Below are positions 62,216-64,000 of a stretch of 64,000 bases of DNA, one piece after another. Under the pieces are notes generated by a model. That model saw nothing but the letters and a program-made list of their open reading frames with translations, was not told where the DNA came from and searched no databases. Position numbers and translations under genes: made by a program. Location: the NCBI GenBank assembly GCA_950097015.1, contig CATNEN010000024.1:1178001-1242000 (forward strand), written 5' to 3'. The number at the start of each line of letters is the position of its first letter. Position 1 is the stretch's first letter. Source of the stretch: Macrostomum hystrix. Its lineage: Eukaryota; Animalia; Platyhelminthes.

Positions 62216-62737
62216 TTCCATAGAATGCGAATAGAATAGAGTGGAATGCTAATCTATCCCATAGAATACGAATAGAATAGAATAGAATAGAATAGGAATG
62301 CTGACTGGCTTTCATACGTTGCATCGCACCGCAGGTCCGCTGGGCCTGCCGTGAGTACGCCTGTCGCGCCATCGACATCCTGGCTCGCCGGACTCGCCTC
62401 GCCTTCATCAACGTGCACGCGGCAGCCGAGGCCCTACCCCGCGTAGTGGCCATCATGGCCGAGGAGCTGGGCTGGTCGGCGGCATAGTGCAAAGAGGAGC
62501 TGAAGCACTGCGAGACCTATCTGCAGCACGAGATGGGCTACAACCTGAAACTAGAGGAGCGCAGCCGGCACCCTATCAACCTGACCAGCGAAGAGATCAA
62601 AAAATTCACTAACAAATTTCGCTCCATCGATCAGGACAAAAAGGGCTTCATTACTCTGGCTGATATGGAAAAATTCTTTAAGGTTTTTCACGCATTTTTA
62701 TGCTTTTTAATTTTCCCATCGTTAGAAAATTATGCTC

Positions 62738-63380
62738 TGATGACCCATTTCACACTTATGATCCGTTTCACTCCCATGACCCATTTCACTCCTATGACCC
62801 ATTTCACTCCCATGATCCGTTTCACTTCCATGACCCATTTCACTCCCATGATCCGTTTCACTTCCATGACCCATTTCACTCCTATGACCCATTTCCCACT
62901 GCCTTGACCCATTTCACACTTATGATCCATTTCACTCGCATGACCAACTTATCTCCCCGGACCTATTTCACTCTCGTGACCCATTTCACTCTCATGACCC
63001 ATTTCACTCTCGTGACCCATTTCACTCTCATGACCCATTTCACTCTCGTGACCCATTTCACTCTCATGACCCATTTCACTCTCGTGACCCATTTCACTCT
63101 CATGACCCATTTCACTCTCATGACCCATTTCACTCTCATGACCCATTTCACTCTCATGACCCATTTCACTCTCATGACCCATTTCACACTTATGATCCAT
63201 TTCACTCGCATGACCCATTTCACTTTCGTGACCCATTTCACTCTCATGTCCCATTTCACTCTCGTGACCCATTTCACTCTCATGACCCATTTCACTCCGT
63301 GACCCATTTCACTCTCGTGACCCATTTCACTCGCATGACCCATTTCACTCCGTGACCCATTTCACTCTCGTGACCCTATT
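62738..63380. repeat. 18-bp minisatellite, GPD2 intron 5
   Basis: gacccatttcactctcat and variants, more than 30 copies. Confidence 0.97.
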
Positions 63381-64000
63381 CAACCATGAACCAATTCGGC
63401 CTTGTAGCGCATTGAATGTCATGCAGTGTCATGCTGGTTAAAGTTATAAATAATGCCTGTTTTTTCCTGTAGTATTTGGACCCGCAAATGTCCATTAATT
63501 ATATTAAAAGCTGAAAACTGCCAATCGATTCTCCAGGCTGAAGGCGCATCAATTGAGTAGGTCTGAGTTTATCAATTGAGCAGACACGTTACTCATAGAG
63601 AAAACTAAAAAAAATGAGGCATTTTACATTTTTTGCTTTTTGATTGCCAATTCATGCTAGAAATTAGTTTTCATGCTTGCAGTTTTTGCCTGTTTAAGCA
63701 ATTAATATTTAAAGCATCGGCTTTTAGAGGCACGTCTGTAAGTTTCAAAACTATCCTAGGCTAACTGGAAAAAACTGAATGCCTTGAATATTATGAGTTT
63801 TAATTCTTCTGTTTGTCATGGCTACAAAGAACCTATACTACTCATGAACCTAAGATACTACTTATATTTATTGCACTTTAATTTAACAAACTAAGATTAC
63901 CAATCGCCTCTGCACTTCATTCTCATCAGAAATTCGATCATCAACTCAACACCAGCCAAATTCGCGACATCATCAGCGAAGTCGATCTAAATAGAAATGG

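Larger units (their letters stand above)
58756..64000 (+). pseudogene. GPD2: Mitochondrial FAD-dependent glycerol-3-phosphate dehydrogenase with lesions; truncated by the window end. Exons 58756-59181, 59649-59901, ~60588-61109, 61577-61989, 62335-62682, 63930->64000
   Basis: [56 protein letters not shown] and EF-hands identify GPD2. Lesions: acceptor ttctcAT|gtg at 59647-59648; missing GQ.ND at the exon 3 start; +2 nt at ~60860; -2 nt at ~61045; in-frame TAG at 62485-62487. Assembly error cannot be excluded. Confidence 0.8.

Noticed and set aside
747-63343. Long periodic ORFs in the track (e.g. 747-2438, 4974-5706, 9788-11224, 14669-15447, 31308-31712, 36596-37969, 59935-60524, 62700-63343)
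   Set aside because: They are translations of intronic minisatellites, open in several frames and on both strands, and lie inside introns whose flanking exons splice in phase.
923-63380. CRISPR-like appearance of 25-39-bp direct repeats
   Set aside because: Units are head-to-tail with no unique spacers, there are no cas genes, and the context is eukaryotic introns.
63530-63600. ttctccag|gctgaaggc as the next GPD2 exon
   Set aside because: It hits TAG after 7 codons; the EF-hand continuation (QIRDIISEVDLNRNG) is found at 63930 in the correct phase.
1-64000. Spliced-leader RNA, rRNA or telomeric arrays
   Set aside because: No recognisable SL exon with Sm site, rRNA motif or TTAGGG array was seen.

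Overview
Eukaryotic (metazoan) genomic window with GC-rich exons, AT-rich introns, and a different minisatellite in most longer introns. This style resembles the flatworm Macrostomum lignano; the species is inferred, not shown by the sequence. Spliced genes reconstructed by hand: lin37 (+); a 157-aa hypothetical (-); kynurenine formamidase AFMID (+); a small signal-peptide gene (-, partial); PIG-P (+); 10-exon exocyst Sec8/EXOC4 (+); a 7-exon LRR-TM-TIR(-TIR) Toll-like receptor (+); a ~1100-aa disordered adaptor-like gene (-); a 2-exon orphan (-); ZC3H14/Nab2 (-); and mitochondrial glycerol-3-phosphate dehydrogenase GPD2 (+, several lesions, runs off the window). Mobile DNA: two tRNA-derived SINE families, a MITE family, and a 2.1-kb foldback element with a perfect 9-bp TSD. 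Top leads: a multi-cysteine-cluster Toll with two TIR-like domains in a probable flatworm; the one-private-minisatellite-per-intron architecture with hairpin cores and decoy donors; and a GPD2 copy with compensating +2/-2 frameshifts, a dead acceptor and a nonsense codon.
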